Below, one piece after another: positions 1 through 8,130 of a DNA stretch of 25,029 nt. The notes beneath the pieces were generated by a model. It was not told where the DNA came from. It did not search any database and was given only the letters and a program-made list of their open reading frames with translations. This stretch comes from a bacterium. Lineage in GTDB: Bacteria; Bacillota; Clostridia; Christensenellales; Aristaeellaceae. The stretch is from contig CAVFPH010000024.1 in NCBI GenBank assembly GCA_963624325.1, positions 1 through 25,029 on the forward strand, read 5' to 3'. Position numbers and translations under genes: made by a program. Each line of letters begins with the position of its first letter. Within the stretch, counting starts at the first letter, position 1.

Positions 1-13
1 AGGAGAGAGGCGC

Positions 14-697
14 ATGCGAAAGGGAGAGGTTCGCCGCCAGTCCATCATCGAAGTTTCCGAGCAGCTGTTCAGCACAAAGGGCTACCTTGAAACCACGGTG
101 GATGACATTCTGTCCGAGCTGCAGTGCAGCAAAGGCAGCTTTTACCACTACTTTGATTCCAAGCTGTCGGTAATGACCGCCATCTGCGAGGCAAAGGTGC
201 AAGGCTGGTTTGACGCGTACAAAAAAACGCGCGTCACAAGCACAAGAGAGCGGCTGAACGTCCTTTTGCGCTGCACGCAGCCTTTCCGTCCCGAGGAAGA
301 GGACTTTCTGTTCATGCTCCTGCGTCTGCGCTCCCGCGGCGAATGTGCCGTCATGGAAGGCACTCTGCGCAGCATTCAGCGCACGCTGGTAAAGCCGGAA
401 ATTGAAAACCTGATGATGATTCTGGGCGAAACGGGGCAGGCGCATATCGCGCGCCCCGGGCTGGAGGATTTGCTGTTTGAAGCGCACATCGCCATGTACG
501 ATGAAATCTGCGAAACGCTGTCCCGGTGCGCAAATGAGGGAACAAGCCCGTCTCAGCCTTTCCGCGAAGCGGTGGAGGCCGTGCGTTTTCTGTGGGAGCG
601 CGTGCTGGATATCGACTACGGCAGCATGGAGATCATCCGTCTGGATGAGATGCTGCCCGTCGCCGAGCGTCTGGTGCAAAGGCTGAGAATCATTTGA
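14..697 (+). CDS. TetR/AcrR-family transcriptional regulator
   Basis: 227-aa ORF with an N-terminal TetR-type HTH (IIEVSEQLFSTKGYLETTVDDILSELQCSKGSFYHYFDSK). AGGAGAGAGG Shine-Dalgarno at 1-10 precedes ATG 14. A hairpin terminator follows the stop. Confidence 0.85.
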   Translation: MRKGEVRRQSIIEVSEQLFSTKGYLETTVDDILSELQCSKGSFYHYFDSKLSVMTAICEAKVQGWFDAYKKTRVTSTRERLNVLLRCTQPFRPEEEDFLFMLLRLRSRGECAVMEGTLRSIQRTLVKPEIENLMMILGETGQAHIARPGLEDLLFEAHIAMYDEICETLSRCANEGTSPSQPFREAVEAVRFLWERVLDIDYGSMEIIRLDEMLPVAERLVQRLRII

Positions 698-709
698 TCC
701 GACCGACAT

Positions 710-745
710 AAAATCGCCCCGGCTTGTCTGCCGGAGCGATTTTTT
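710..745. terminator. Bidirectional rho-independent terminator between convergent tetR-like gene and aspA
   Basis: AAAATCGCCCCGGC-TTGTCT-GCCGGAGCGATTTTTT. The 11-bp GC-rich stem has one mismatch. A-run and T-run flanks give a U-tract on both strands. Confidence 0.7.
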
Positions 746-764
746 GCATATCGTTATACATTTT

Positions 765-2162
765 TTATTCTTCCGGAATAATCGTCATCCGCATGGGATC
801 AAGCGCCGTTTCGGCCTCCTCCTCGGTCAGCAGGCCGCGCTCCACCGCAAGCTTGCCCACCGGCACATGGGAGCGCAGGGATTCCTTGGCAAGAGAGCAT
901 GCGGCATCATAGCCGATGAGCGGACACAGCGCCGTAACGATGCCCACGGAACGGTTGATTTCCTCTCGGCACAGGGTCACATTGGCCACAATGCCGCTGA
1001 CGCAGTGATCCGTCAGGGTGCGAAGGCCGTTTGTCAATTGCGCCATGCCCTGGCACAGGCTGTCGAAAATCACGGGTTCAAAGGCGTTCAGCTCCAGCTG
1101 TCCCGCCTCGGCCGCCATGGTAACGGTCATATCAAAGCCAATCAGGCGGAAGGCAATCTGGTTGACCACCTCGGGAATGACGGGGTTCACCTTGCCGGGC
1201 ATGATGGAAGAGCCGTTCTGCCGCGGAGGCAGGTTCATTTCTCCCAAGCCGTCGCGCGGTCCGGAGGACATCAGGCGCAGATCGTTGCAGATTTTGGACA
1301 GGCTGACGCCGCAGCTTTTCAGCGCGGAGGAAAGCGTTACATAGCAGTCCAGGTTTTGCGTTGCGTCAATCAGGTTTTCGCTTTGCGCAAAGGGAATGCC
1401 CGTCATTTCGGCCAGGATGGGAACCACGCTGCGCACAAAGGAGGGAGCAGCGTTGATGCCCGTGCCGACGGCCGTTCCGCCCAGATTCAGGCTGAGCTGC
1501 TCTGCCCGGGCACGGTCAATACGGCGGTATTCGCGGCGCAGCACCGCGGCATAGGCGGCAAATTCCTGTCCCAAGCGAATGGGCACGGCGTCCTGCAGCT
1601 GCGTGCGGCCCATCTTGACCACCGTGTCAAACTCCCGCGCCTTCTCTTCCATTGCGTCAATCAGGCGCTGCATTTCCTCCAGCAAGCGCAGGGCAAAGGT
1701 ATGCAGGGTCATTTTGCCGCAGGAAGGATAAACATCATTGGTGGACTGGCCGCAGTTGACATCATCATTGGGGTTTACCAGCGTATAGTCGCCCTTTTGA
1801 CCGCCCAGGATTTCAATAGCGCGGTTGGCAATCACCTCATTGGCATTCATGTTGGTGCTTGTCCCGGCGCCGCCCTGGATGGGATCTACAATAAACTGAT
1901 CATGCAGCTTGCCGGCAATAATCTCATCGCAGGCCTGCTCAATGGCGCAGGACACATCCTCTTTGATGGTTCCTGCCGCCTTGTTTGCACGCGCACACGC
2001 CTTTTTGATCCAGGCGATGCTGATGATCATATCCTTTTGCAGGTGCTGACCTGTAATCGGAAAGTTCTCCGCCGCGCGGACGGAGTGAATGCCGTAGTAA
2101 ACATCCCGGGGAATGCGCATCTCCCCAATAATATCATGCTCGATTCTGAACTCCTCGCCCAT
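765..2162 (-). CDS. aspA: Aspartate ammonia-lyase (fumarase/aspartase class II lyase family)
   Basis: Collinear with E. coli AspA: RIEHDIIGEMRIP..YYGIHSVRAAENF, GGAGTSTNMNANEVIANRA, and signature GSSIMPGKVNPVIPEVVNQ (aspartase-type VNPV[IV]PE). The ORF is open to 2183, but the GAGAGGAG RBS is best placed for the ATG at 2162 (MGEEF...). Confidence 0.9.
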   Translation of the reverse strand: MGEEFRIEHDIIGEMRIPRDVYYGIHSVRAAENFPITGQHLQKDMIISIAWIKKACARANKAAGTIKEDVSCAIEQACDEIIAGKLHDQFIVDPIQGGAGTSTNMNANEVIANRAIEILGGQKGDYTLVNPNDDVNCGQSTNDVYPSCGKMTLHTFALRLLEEMQRLIDAMEEKAREFDTVVKMGRTQLQDAVPIRLGQEFAAYAAVLRREYRRIDRARAEQLSLNLGGTAVGTGINAAPSFVRSVVPILAEMTGIPFAQSENLIDATQNLDCYVTLSSALKSCGVSLSKICNDLRLMSSGPRDGLGEMNLPPRQNGSSIMPGKVNPVIPEVVNQIAFRLIGFDMTVTMAAEAGQLELNAFEPVIFDSLCQGMAQLTNGLRTLTDHCVSGIVANVTLCREEINRSVGIVTALCPLIGYDAACSLAKESLRSHVPVGKLAVERGLLTEEEAETALDPMRMTIIPEE

Positions 2163-2218
2163 GCTTGACATCTCCTCTCGCATATCACGGCTGCAAATTA
2201 CAAATTGTTGTTGCCTTT

Positions 2219-2247
2219 ATTATATGAAGCTGTTATACTATTTTCAA
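2219..2247 (-). promoter_or_regulatory. Sigma-A-type promoter for aspA
   Basis: On the minus strand this reads TTGAAA, a 17-nt spacer, then TATAAT. It lies in the AT-rich 117-bp divergent intergenic region, about 50 nt upstream of the aspA start. Confidence 0.55.
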
Positions 2248-2300
2248 ATACTTATATTATTATTACTCTTATTTGTTTTTGTCTATGACGGAGGCAGGTC

Positions 2301-3233
2301 ATGTTTCGTGAAATGCGGTATGTTTATGAGGTCTATCGGGAGCGCAGCTTTTCCCGCGCTGCGCAGAAGCTGTACATCTCCCAGCCCTCCCTGAGCCTGA
2401 TGATCAAAAAGGCGGAGGAGCGGGTGGGCAGCCCCCTGTTTGACCGCAGCACCATGCCCATCGGGCTGACGGAAGCAGGACGGCAGTATATTCACGCCGT
2501 GCAGCAGATTATGGAAATCGAAAACGCCTTTCAGCAGTACATCAGCGATGCCGAAGCCTGCCTGAGCGGTACCTTGGCACTGGGCGGCACAACCCTGTTT
2601 GCCTCCTATGTGCTGCCGCCCCTGATCAGCGCGTTCTCAGATCGTTTTCCCCGTGTGCAGATCCGCATTCTGGAGGCGCATACCGCCGCGCTGGAGCGCG
2701 AATTGCGGGAGGGCGAATTGGATTTTGTAATGGAAAACTATCTGTTTGATCCGGCTGTATACGACAGCATCGAGTACCATGCTGAGCATTTGCTGCTGGC
2801 CGTGCCGGCAGTGTTTCCCGTAAACGAGGCCGCCGCATCCTGCCGTCTGACCGCGCAGGATGTCAAAGCAGGCCGGCCGGCCCCCGGCGTATCATTGGAG
2901 CTGTTCGAAGGGGAGCCCTTTCTGCTGCTCAAGGAAGGCAACGACACCCGCTACCGCGCGGACAAATTGTGTGCCAAGGCGGGTTTCCGCCCTAGCGCGC
3001 GTCTGCTGCTGGATCAGCAGCTGACCGCCTATAACCTGGCCTGCTACGGGCTGGGCGTCGCCTTTGTCAGCGACACCCTGGTACAAAGCGTTCCGCCCGA
3101 TGAGCGGCTTTGCTTTTACCGCATCGACAGTCCGCACGCCCGCCGTTCCGTCAGCCTTGTATACAAAAAGAACCGTTTTATCACGCGTCCCATGCAGGAA
3201 TTTCTTAAATTAATGTCCACTGACGGGAAATGA
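2301..3233 (+). CDS. LysR-family transcriptional regulator
   Basis: 310 aa with an N-terminal LysR wHTH (MRYVYEVYRERSFSRAAQKLYISQPSLSLMIKKAEERVGSPLFDRS) and a C-terminal substrate-binding-like domain. ACGGAGG RBS lies 6 nt upstream. The gene is divergent from aspA. Confidence 0.9.
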   Translation: MFREMRYVYEVYRERSFSRAAQKLYISQPSLSLMIKKAEERVGSPLFDRSTMPIGLTEAGRQYIHAVQQIMEIENAFQQYISDAEACLSGTLALGGTTLFASYVLPPLISAFSDRFPRVQIRILEAHTAALERELREGELDFVMENYLFDPAVYDSIEYHAEHLLLAVPAVFPVNEAAASCRLTAQDVKAGRPAPGVSLELFEGEPFLLLKEGNDTRYRADKLCAKAGFRPSARLLLDQQLTAYNLACYGLGVAFVSDTLVQSVPPDERLCFYRIDSPHARRSVSLVYKKNRFITRPMQEFLKLMSTDGK

Positions 3234-3290
3234 AAGCTCCCATGCAGTAATGCATCGTTCGGACAACCCCAGATTTTTTGATAAAAAATA

Positions 3291-3319
3291 TTGACAAAAA
3301 TCACAAATTCATATATGAT
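3291..3319 (+). promoter_or_regulatory. Sigma-A-type promoter for the first sugar ABC operon
   Basis: TTGACA (3291-3296), a 17-nt spacer, then TATGAT (3314-3319). This leaves a leader of about 95 nt before ATG 3418. Confidence 0.6.
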
Positions 3320-3417
3320 ATTCGTGCAGTGGACAAAAGATCGTTAATCAAATATGGAAACGCTTTTTCCACATTGCAAATCAGCGGTTTTACCCGCAAA
3401 AAGGAGCGAAATTTTTC

Positions 3418-4689
3418 ATGAAAAAGTTCTTCGCACTCCTGCTGGCCCTGTGCCTGGCAATGACGCTTGTTGCCTCCGTCGCTTCCGCCGAAGAAGGCAA
3501 GGTATACTATCTGAACTTTAAGCCCGAAGCCGATGCCGCCTGGCAGGAACTGGCCAAGGCATACACCGAAAAGACCGGCGTACAGGTTACCGTAGTCACC
3601 GCCGCTTCCGGCACCTACTCCCAGACCCTGACCGCCGAAATGGACAAGGGCAGCGCTGCCCCCACCCTGTTCCAGTGCGGCAATCAGGCCGGTCTTGATA
3701 CCTGGCGTGATTACATGCTGGATCTGAACGGCACCGATTTTGCCAACGAAATGACCACCTCCGATTTCAACCTTTACGGTGAAAACGGCGAGCTGCTGGC
3801 TGCCGGCTACTGCTACGAGGCTTTCGGCATCATCGTCAACAAGGCTCTGCTGGAAAAAGCCGGTCACTCCCTGGATGAAATCAAGGATTTCGCCAGCCTG
3901 AAGGCTGTTGCCGAAGACATTCACGCCCGCGCTTCTGAGCTAGGCTTTGATGCCTTCACCTCCGCCGGTCTGGACGGCTCCTCCTCCTGGCGTTTCTCCG
4001 GCCATCTGGCCAATATGCCCCTGTATTACGAGTTCCGCGATGACAACGTAACCGCGCAGCCCGCCACCATCAAGGGCACCTATCTGGACAACTTCAAGAA
4101 CATCTGGGATCTCTACATCAACAACTCCGCCACCCAGCCCGCTGACCTGGCCACTGCCACCGGCGATCAGGCCGAGTCCGAATTCGGCAAGGGCGAAGCC
4201 GTGTTCTATCAGAACGGCACCTGGGAATATGCCAACCTGACGGGCACCTTCGGCATGAATGCCGAGGATCTTGCCATGATCCCCATCTACTGCGGCGTTG
4301 AAGGCGAAGAAAAGGCCGGCCTGTGCTGCGGCACCGAAAACTGCTGGGCAGTCAACTCTCAGGCTTCCGAGGCCGATATCAAGGCCACGCTGGACTTCCT
4401 GTACTGGGTTGTCACCAGCGATGAAGGCACCGCGATGATGGCCGAGCAGTTCGGCCCCATCCCCTTCAAGGCTGCCAAGGCTTCCTCCAACGTATTCTTC
4501 AATGATGCCAATGCCTACATCGCCGAGGGCAACTACGTGGTCACCTGGGCCTTCAACCATACCCCCAACGTGGACACCTGGCGCGCGGGCGTTGTGGATG
4601 CCATGATGCAGTATTGCGCCGGCGGCAGCTGGGACAACGTGGTTGACGCGTTTGTTCAGGGCTGGGCCGTACAGTATGCCAACCAGTAA
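3418..4689 (+). CDS. Carbohydrate ABC transporter substrate-binding protein (CUT1/family-1 SBP)
   Basis: 423 aa with an N-terminal signal peptide (MKKFFALLLALCLAMTLVASVASA/EE). Size and composition fit UgpB/MalE-like extracellular solute-binding proteins. It sits directly upstream of two MalF/MalG-type permeases. Confidence 0.9.
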   Translation: MKKFFALLLALCLAMTLVASVASAEEGKVYYLNFKPEADAAWQELAKAYTEKTGVQVTVVTAASGTYSQTLTAEMDKGSAAPTLFQCGNQAGLDTWRDYMLDLNGTDFANEMTTSDFNLYGENGELLAAGYCYEAFGIIVNKALLEKAGHSLDEIKDFASLKAVAEDIHARASELGFDAFTSAGLDGSSSWRFSGHLANMPLYYEFRDDNVTAQPATIKGTYLDNFKNIWDLYINNSATQPADLATATGDQAESEFGKGEAVFYQNGTWEYANLTGTFGMNAEDLAMIPIYCGVEGEEKAGLCCGTENCWAVNSQASEADIKATLDFLYWVVTSDEGTAMMAEQFGPIPFKAAKASSNVFFNDANAYIAEGNYVVTWAFNHTPNVDTWRAGVVDAMMQYCAGGSWDNVVDAFVQGWAVQYANQ

Positions 4690-4702
4690 TTAAAATCGGC
4701 AG

Positions 4703-4740
4703 CGGGGGAGCGGGAATCTCATTCCCGCCCCCCGATTTTT
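4703..4740 (+). terminator. Intercistronic hairpin with U-tract (partial terminator/attenuator) after the SBP gene
   Basis: GGGGGAGCGGGAAT-CTC-ATTCCCGCCCCCC forms a stem of about 13 bp with one bulge, followed by GATTTTT. It lies between the SBP stop (4689) and the permease start (4760). Confidence 0.6.
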
Positions 4741-4759
4741 CCGTACAGGGGGATTTTTC

Positions 4760-5677
4760 ATGCAGCAAAACAAGCAGCGCAGGCGTAAAAACAACGCACC
4801 TGTCGTCAGCTCTCGCCTGATTCGCCGCCCCATTCAGCGATGCTTTGCCCTTTTCCTGCTGCCCACCTTCGCGGCATTCTGCATCGGTTTTCTGTGGCCG
4901 TTTGTAAAGGGGCTTTATCTTTCCTTCTGCTCTTTTACCACCACCAGCAACGCCAAATGGGTAGGGCTTCAAAACTACTATAAAGCGCTGACAGATGCCA
5001 GCTTTGTGCACGCCTTCTGGTATACGGCGCTGGTCGCGCTGGTATCCTTGGTGCTCATCAACGTCCTCTCCTTCGCCGTAGCCTATGCCCTCACGCGCAA
5101 GATTCCGGGGGCAAACATCTATCGCGGCGTGTTTTTCATGCCCAATCTGATCGGCGGCATCGTGCTGGGTTACATCTGGCAGCGCATCTTCAACGGCATC
5201 CTGCCCACAGCCATTGTGCTCAACACCCATTACGGTTTCTGGGGACTGATTGTGCTGATGTGCTGGCAGCAGGTGGGCTATATGATGATCATCTATATTG
5301 CCGGTCTGCAGTCGGTATCCGAGGATATGCTGGAGGCTGCGCGCATTGACGGTGCCAACGGCTGGCAGATCCTGTGGCGGATCACCATTCCCACCGTCAT
5401 GCCTTCCATTACCATCTGCACCTTCCTGACACTGACAAACTCCTTTAAGCTGTTTGACCAGAACATGGTGCTCAATGAAGGCCGTCCCTACATCTTCCAA
5501 AACGGCACGCAGATCAAAACCACCGAGATGCTGGCCCTCAACATTTACAACACCTTCTACCTTAATTCCAAATCCCGCGGCGTAGGTCAGGCCAAGGCCG
5601 TGCTGTTCTTCATCCTGGTGGCGGCCATCGCACTGGTTCAGCTGCGTGCCACCCGCAATAAGGAGGTGCAGCAGTGA
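4760..5677 (+). CDS. Carbohydrate ABC transporter permease (MalF/UgpA-like)
   Basis: 305 aa and multi-TM. It carries an EAA-loop-like segment (QSVSEDMLEAARIDGANGWQILWRITIP) typical of binding-protein-dependent transport inner-membrane components. Confidence 0.9.
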   Translation: MQQNKQRRRKNNAPVVSSRLIRRPIQRCFALFLLPTFAAFCIGFLWPFVKGLYLSFCSFTTTSNAKWVGLQNYYKALTDASFVHAFWYTALVALVSLVLINVLSFAVAYALTRKIPGANIYRGVFFMPNLIGGIVLGYIWQRIFNGILPTAIVLNTHYGFWGLIVLMCWQQVGYMMIIYIAGLQSVSEDMLEAARIDGANGWQILWRITIPTVMPSITICTFLTLTNSFKLFDQNMVLNEGRPYIFQNGTQIKTTEMLALNIYNTFYLNSKSRGVGQAKAVLFFILVAAIALVQLRATRNKEVQQ

Positions 5678-6519
5678 TGCGTACCCGCAAAAAATGGGGC
5701 ATTGCGCTTTCCGCACTCTTTGCGGTCATCAGCCTGTTTTACATCATGCCCATTTTCGTGGTGCTGATCAACAGCTTTAAGGATAACATTGCCGTCAACG
5801 CGCATGTGTTTGCCCTGCCAAACAAGGATACCTTTGTGGGCTGGAGCAATTATGTAAGCGGCCTCACCTCGGGTTCTTATCCCTTCCTGTATTCTGCCGC
5901 GTACAGCTTTGTCATCACCATTCTCTCGGCTCTGCTGATTTTGCTGTGCACCTCCATGGCGGCATGGTACATCTCCCGTGTGGATGATATTGCATCCAGG
6001 GTTGTCTATTACCTGTGCGTATTTTCCATGGTAGTCCCCTTCCAGATGGTCATGTTCACGCTGGCCCGCACGGCCTATACCCTGAACCTGAACACCCCCT
6101 GGACCATTCCCATCGTATATCTGGGGTTTGGCGCCGGGCTGGCCGTATTCATGTTCAGCGGCTTTGTAAAGGGTATGCCGCTGGCCATGGAGGAGGCCGC
6201 CGCCATTGACGGCTGCGGGCCCATCCGCACGTTCTTCGGCGTGGTGCTGCCCATCATGAAGCCTATTTTCATCTCGGTGGGCGTTCTGGAAATCATGTGG
6301 GTATGGAATGACTACCTGCTGCCCTACCTGGTACTGGACAGCACCAAATACAAGACCATCCCCATCCACATTCAGTATCTGCAGGGCAGCTACGGCCATG
6401 TGGATCTGGGCGCCATGATGGCACTGATCATGCTCAGCATTCTGCCCATCATCATCTTCTATCTGTTCTGCCAGAAGTACATCATCGCGGGCGTCACCGC
6501 AGGTGCGGTAAAGGGCTGA
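5674..6519 (+). CDS. Carbohydrate ABC transporter permease (MalG/UgpE-like)
   Basis: 281 aa and multi-TM, with EAA loop (PLAMEEAAAIDGCGPIRTFFGVVLP). AGGAGG lies at 5661-5666. The start is GTG 5674 or ATG 5677, overlapping the upstream stop. Confidence 0.9.
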   Translation: MMRTRKKWGIALSALFAVISLFYIMPIFVVLINSFKDNIAVNAHVFALPNKDTFVGWSNYVSGLTSGSYPFLYSAAYSFVITILSALLILLCTSMAAWYISRVDDIASRVVYYLCVFSMVVPFQMVMFTLARTAYTLNLNTPWTIPIVYLGFGAGLAVFMFSGFVKGMPLAMEEAAAIDGCGPIRTFFGVVLPIMKPIFISVGVLEIMWVWNDYLLPYLVLDSTKYKTIPIHIQYLQGSYGHVDLGAMMALIMLSILPIIIFYLFCQKYIIAGVTAGAVKG

Positions 6520-6544
6520 CCCCGCTGTACAAGGCACGCATTTC

Positions 6545-6575
6545 AAAATGAAGGGGCAACGCCTCTTCATTTTTT
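6545..6575 (+). terminator. Rho-independent terminator of the first ABC operon
   Basis: AAAATGAAGGGGC-AAC-GCCTCTTCATTTTTT. The stem has one G:U pair and is followed by a T-run. It lies 26 nt after the permease stop. Confidence 0.7.
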
Positions 6576-6588
6576 GCATGATCCGTCA

Positions 6589-6617
6589 TTGACAGTCACC
6601 CTGCAACAGGATAAAAT
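6589..6617 (+). promoter_or_regulatory. Sigma-A-type promoter for the dCMP-deaminase-to-GH13 gene string
   Basis: TTGACA (6589-6594), a 17-nt spacer, then TAAAAT (6612-6617). It sits immediately after the terminator and about 45 nt upstream of ATG 6663. Confidence 0.6.
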
Positions 6618-6662
6618 GAAATGGTATTTTATGCGCACCGCGCAGTATTTGGAGGCGATTGC

Positions 6663-7136
6663 ATGCAGAAGTGGGATGTCCGCTTTATGGATATGGCGCA
6701 CCTGGTTGCATCATGGACAAGCTGTTTTACCCCCGGCCGTGCCATCGGCGCCGTCATTGTAAAAGACAAGCGCGTGATGACCACCGGCTACAACGGCGCC
6801 CCCTCCGGCCTGCCCACCTGCAAGGAGCGCGGCGAGTGCCTGCGGCGCAAGCTGGGTGTGGAAAGCGGCACGCATGCCGAAATCTGCTATGCCGTACATG
6901 CCGAGCAGAATGCCATCATTCAGGCTGCCCGTCTGGGTGTTTCCATTGACGGTGCCACGCTTTACTGCACGCATCAGCCCTGTTCCCTTTGCACACGCAT
7001 GATTATCAACGCCGGCATCCGCCGTGTGGTATACGAGCAGGGATATCCCGATGCATTTTCCCTGCAGCTGTTTCATGACGCCGGCATTCCCATTGAACAA
7101 TACGACCCCGCTACCGGAGGTACCGTGCCATGCTGA
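6663..7136 (+). CDS. comEB: dCMP (deoxycytidylate) deaminase, ComEB family
   Basis: Zinc-deaminase motifs HAEQNAI and PCSLCTRMIINAGIRRVVY. A GGAGG RBS at 6651-6655 favours ATG 6663 over the ORF-track start at 6621. Confidence 0.85.
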   Translation: MQKWDVRFMDMAHLVASWTSCFTPGRAIGAVIVKDKRVMTTGYNGAPSGLPTCKERGECLRRKLGVESGTHAEICYAVHAEQNAIIQAARLGVSIDGATLYCTHQPCSLCTRMIINAGIRRVVYEQGYPDAFSLQLFHDAGIPIEQYDPATGGTVPC

Positions 7137-8101
7137 AAAAAATATTGTGCCTGGTATTGGCTCTTTGCCTGTCCCTGCCCATTGCTGCGCTGGCAGATGA
7201 AGATCCCAAGCCCATTGCCACCTATGCACCCGAGGAGATTCCCGCAACTCCCAACGGCATCCATCACTACCTTCTGCTGTGCGCCGATGCCTGGAACTGC
7301 AGCAGCGGCGATAATATGGACAACTACACCGACGGCATCATGCTGGTAACGGTGGATACCGTAGCGCACCGCGTAATGCTGACATCCTTTATCCGGGATA
7401 TGCTGGTCATGCGCCCGGATGGAAAATACGGACGTATCAACGCAATCTATTCCCGTTTCGGCGCGGATGCCATGCTGAATGTTTTCAAAACGCATTTCGG
7501 CGTTGATGTGGACAAATACATTCTGGTGGACTGGACGGATGTGGGGGCCATCATCGATGCCCTCGGCGGGGTGGACATTACCATTACCAACGGTGAAGCC
7601 ACGCGTCTGAAGGATAAACTGACCTACAAAACCGACTGGACAGAGCCGGAATTGAAGGGCGCCGGCACCTACCATTTCCGCGGATATGCCGCGGTCATCT
7701 ACATGCGCATCCGTTCCAGCGGGCGGGTAAACGGCGAAAGCTACGATTACCGCCGCACTACCCGTGCGCGCAATGTTGTTTCGGCGCTGGCGGACAGCCT
7801 GCGTGATATCACCTGGGCCGATGCCGTCAAGCTGGCCACCGTGACCATCTGGGACAGCATCGTGGAAACCAACATGACATTGGCCGATATGGTAACTGCG
7901 GCAGGCTATGCCTATGATCTGCGTGATGCCGAAATTGAACAGCTGCGCATTCCCGTGGGTAATACGGGGCATGAGCTTTATTATTACGGGATGGCCACGC
8001 AGGAAATCGATTACGAAGTCAACCGCGAGGAACTGCAAAAATTCCTGCTGGAAAGCTATACTGTGCGCGATGAAGAAGATGAGGACGACTGGGATTGGTA
8101 A
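7130..8101 (+). CDS. LytR-CpsA-Psr (LCP) family protein
   Basis: 323 aa with an LCP core: TDGIMLVTVDTVAHRVMLTSFIRDMLV..GKYGRINAIYS..FGVDVDKYILVDWTDVGAIIDALGGVDITI. It has an N-terminal signal peptide. The start overlaps the deaminase stop by 7 nt. Confidence 0.8.
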   Translation: MLKKILCLVLALCLSLPIAALADEDPKPIATYAPEEIPATPNGIHHYLLLCADAWNCSSGDNMDNYTDGIMLVTVDTVAHRVMLTSFIRDMLVMRPDGKYGRINAIYSRFGADAMLNVFKTHFGVDVDKYILVDWTDVGAIIDALGGVDITITNGEATRLKDKLTYKTDWTEPELKGAGTYHFRGYAAVIYMRIRSSGRVNGESYDYRRTTRARNVVSALADSLRDITWADAVKLATVTIWDSIVETNMTLADMVTAAGYAYDLRDAEIEQLRIPVGNTGHELYYYGMATQEIDYEVNREELQKFLLESYTVRDEEDEDDWDW

Positions 8102-8130
8102 TCCCCAACGATTGAATAGGAGGTCTGCCC

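Noticed and set aside
744-2168. 474-aa + strand ORF covering almost the whole aspA locus
   Set aside because: It is the mirror-frame shadow of the well-supported minus-strand aspA gene. Its composition is rich in Gly, Ala, Arg, His and Gln, with no RBS and no recognisable motifs. This is typical of GC-rich DNA with codon bias.
3355-3371. TGGAAACGCTTTTTCCA as a CcpA cre site
   Set aside because: The left half fits TGWAANCG, but the right half does not reach the ...NWCA end of the 14-nt cre consensus. The spacing is 3 nt too long. I kept it only as an unassigned inverted repeat.
6588-6599. Identical 12-mer ATTGACAGTCAC at the -35 regions of two promoters (6588-6599 and 13869-13880)
   Set aside because: Half of the match is the -35 consensus itself. 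The remaining six bases could be coincidence, and the two operons have no evident functional link. It is worth a genome-wide count but is not a supported feature.
6621-6662. Longer upstream starts for the dCMP deaminase (6621) and, similarly, the TIM-barrel gene (GTG 12913), the LacI gene (13970), permease 2 (20215) and the EamA gene (23800)
   Set aside because: In each case a better-spaced Shine-Dalgarno precedes an internal ATG. The extra residues are not part of the conserved family N-terminus.
6663-7136. dCMP deaminase as a nucleotide-depleting anti-phage defence gene
   Set aside because: It is a short (about 157 aa), single-domain ComEB-type enzyme in a housekeeping operon. It lacks the fused kinase or other domains of the described defensive dCTP deaminases, and there are no mobile or defence neighbours.
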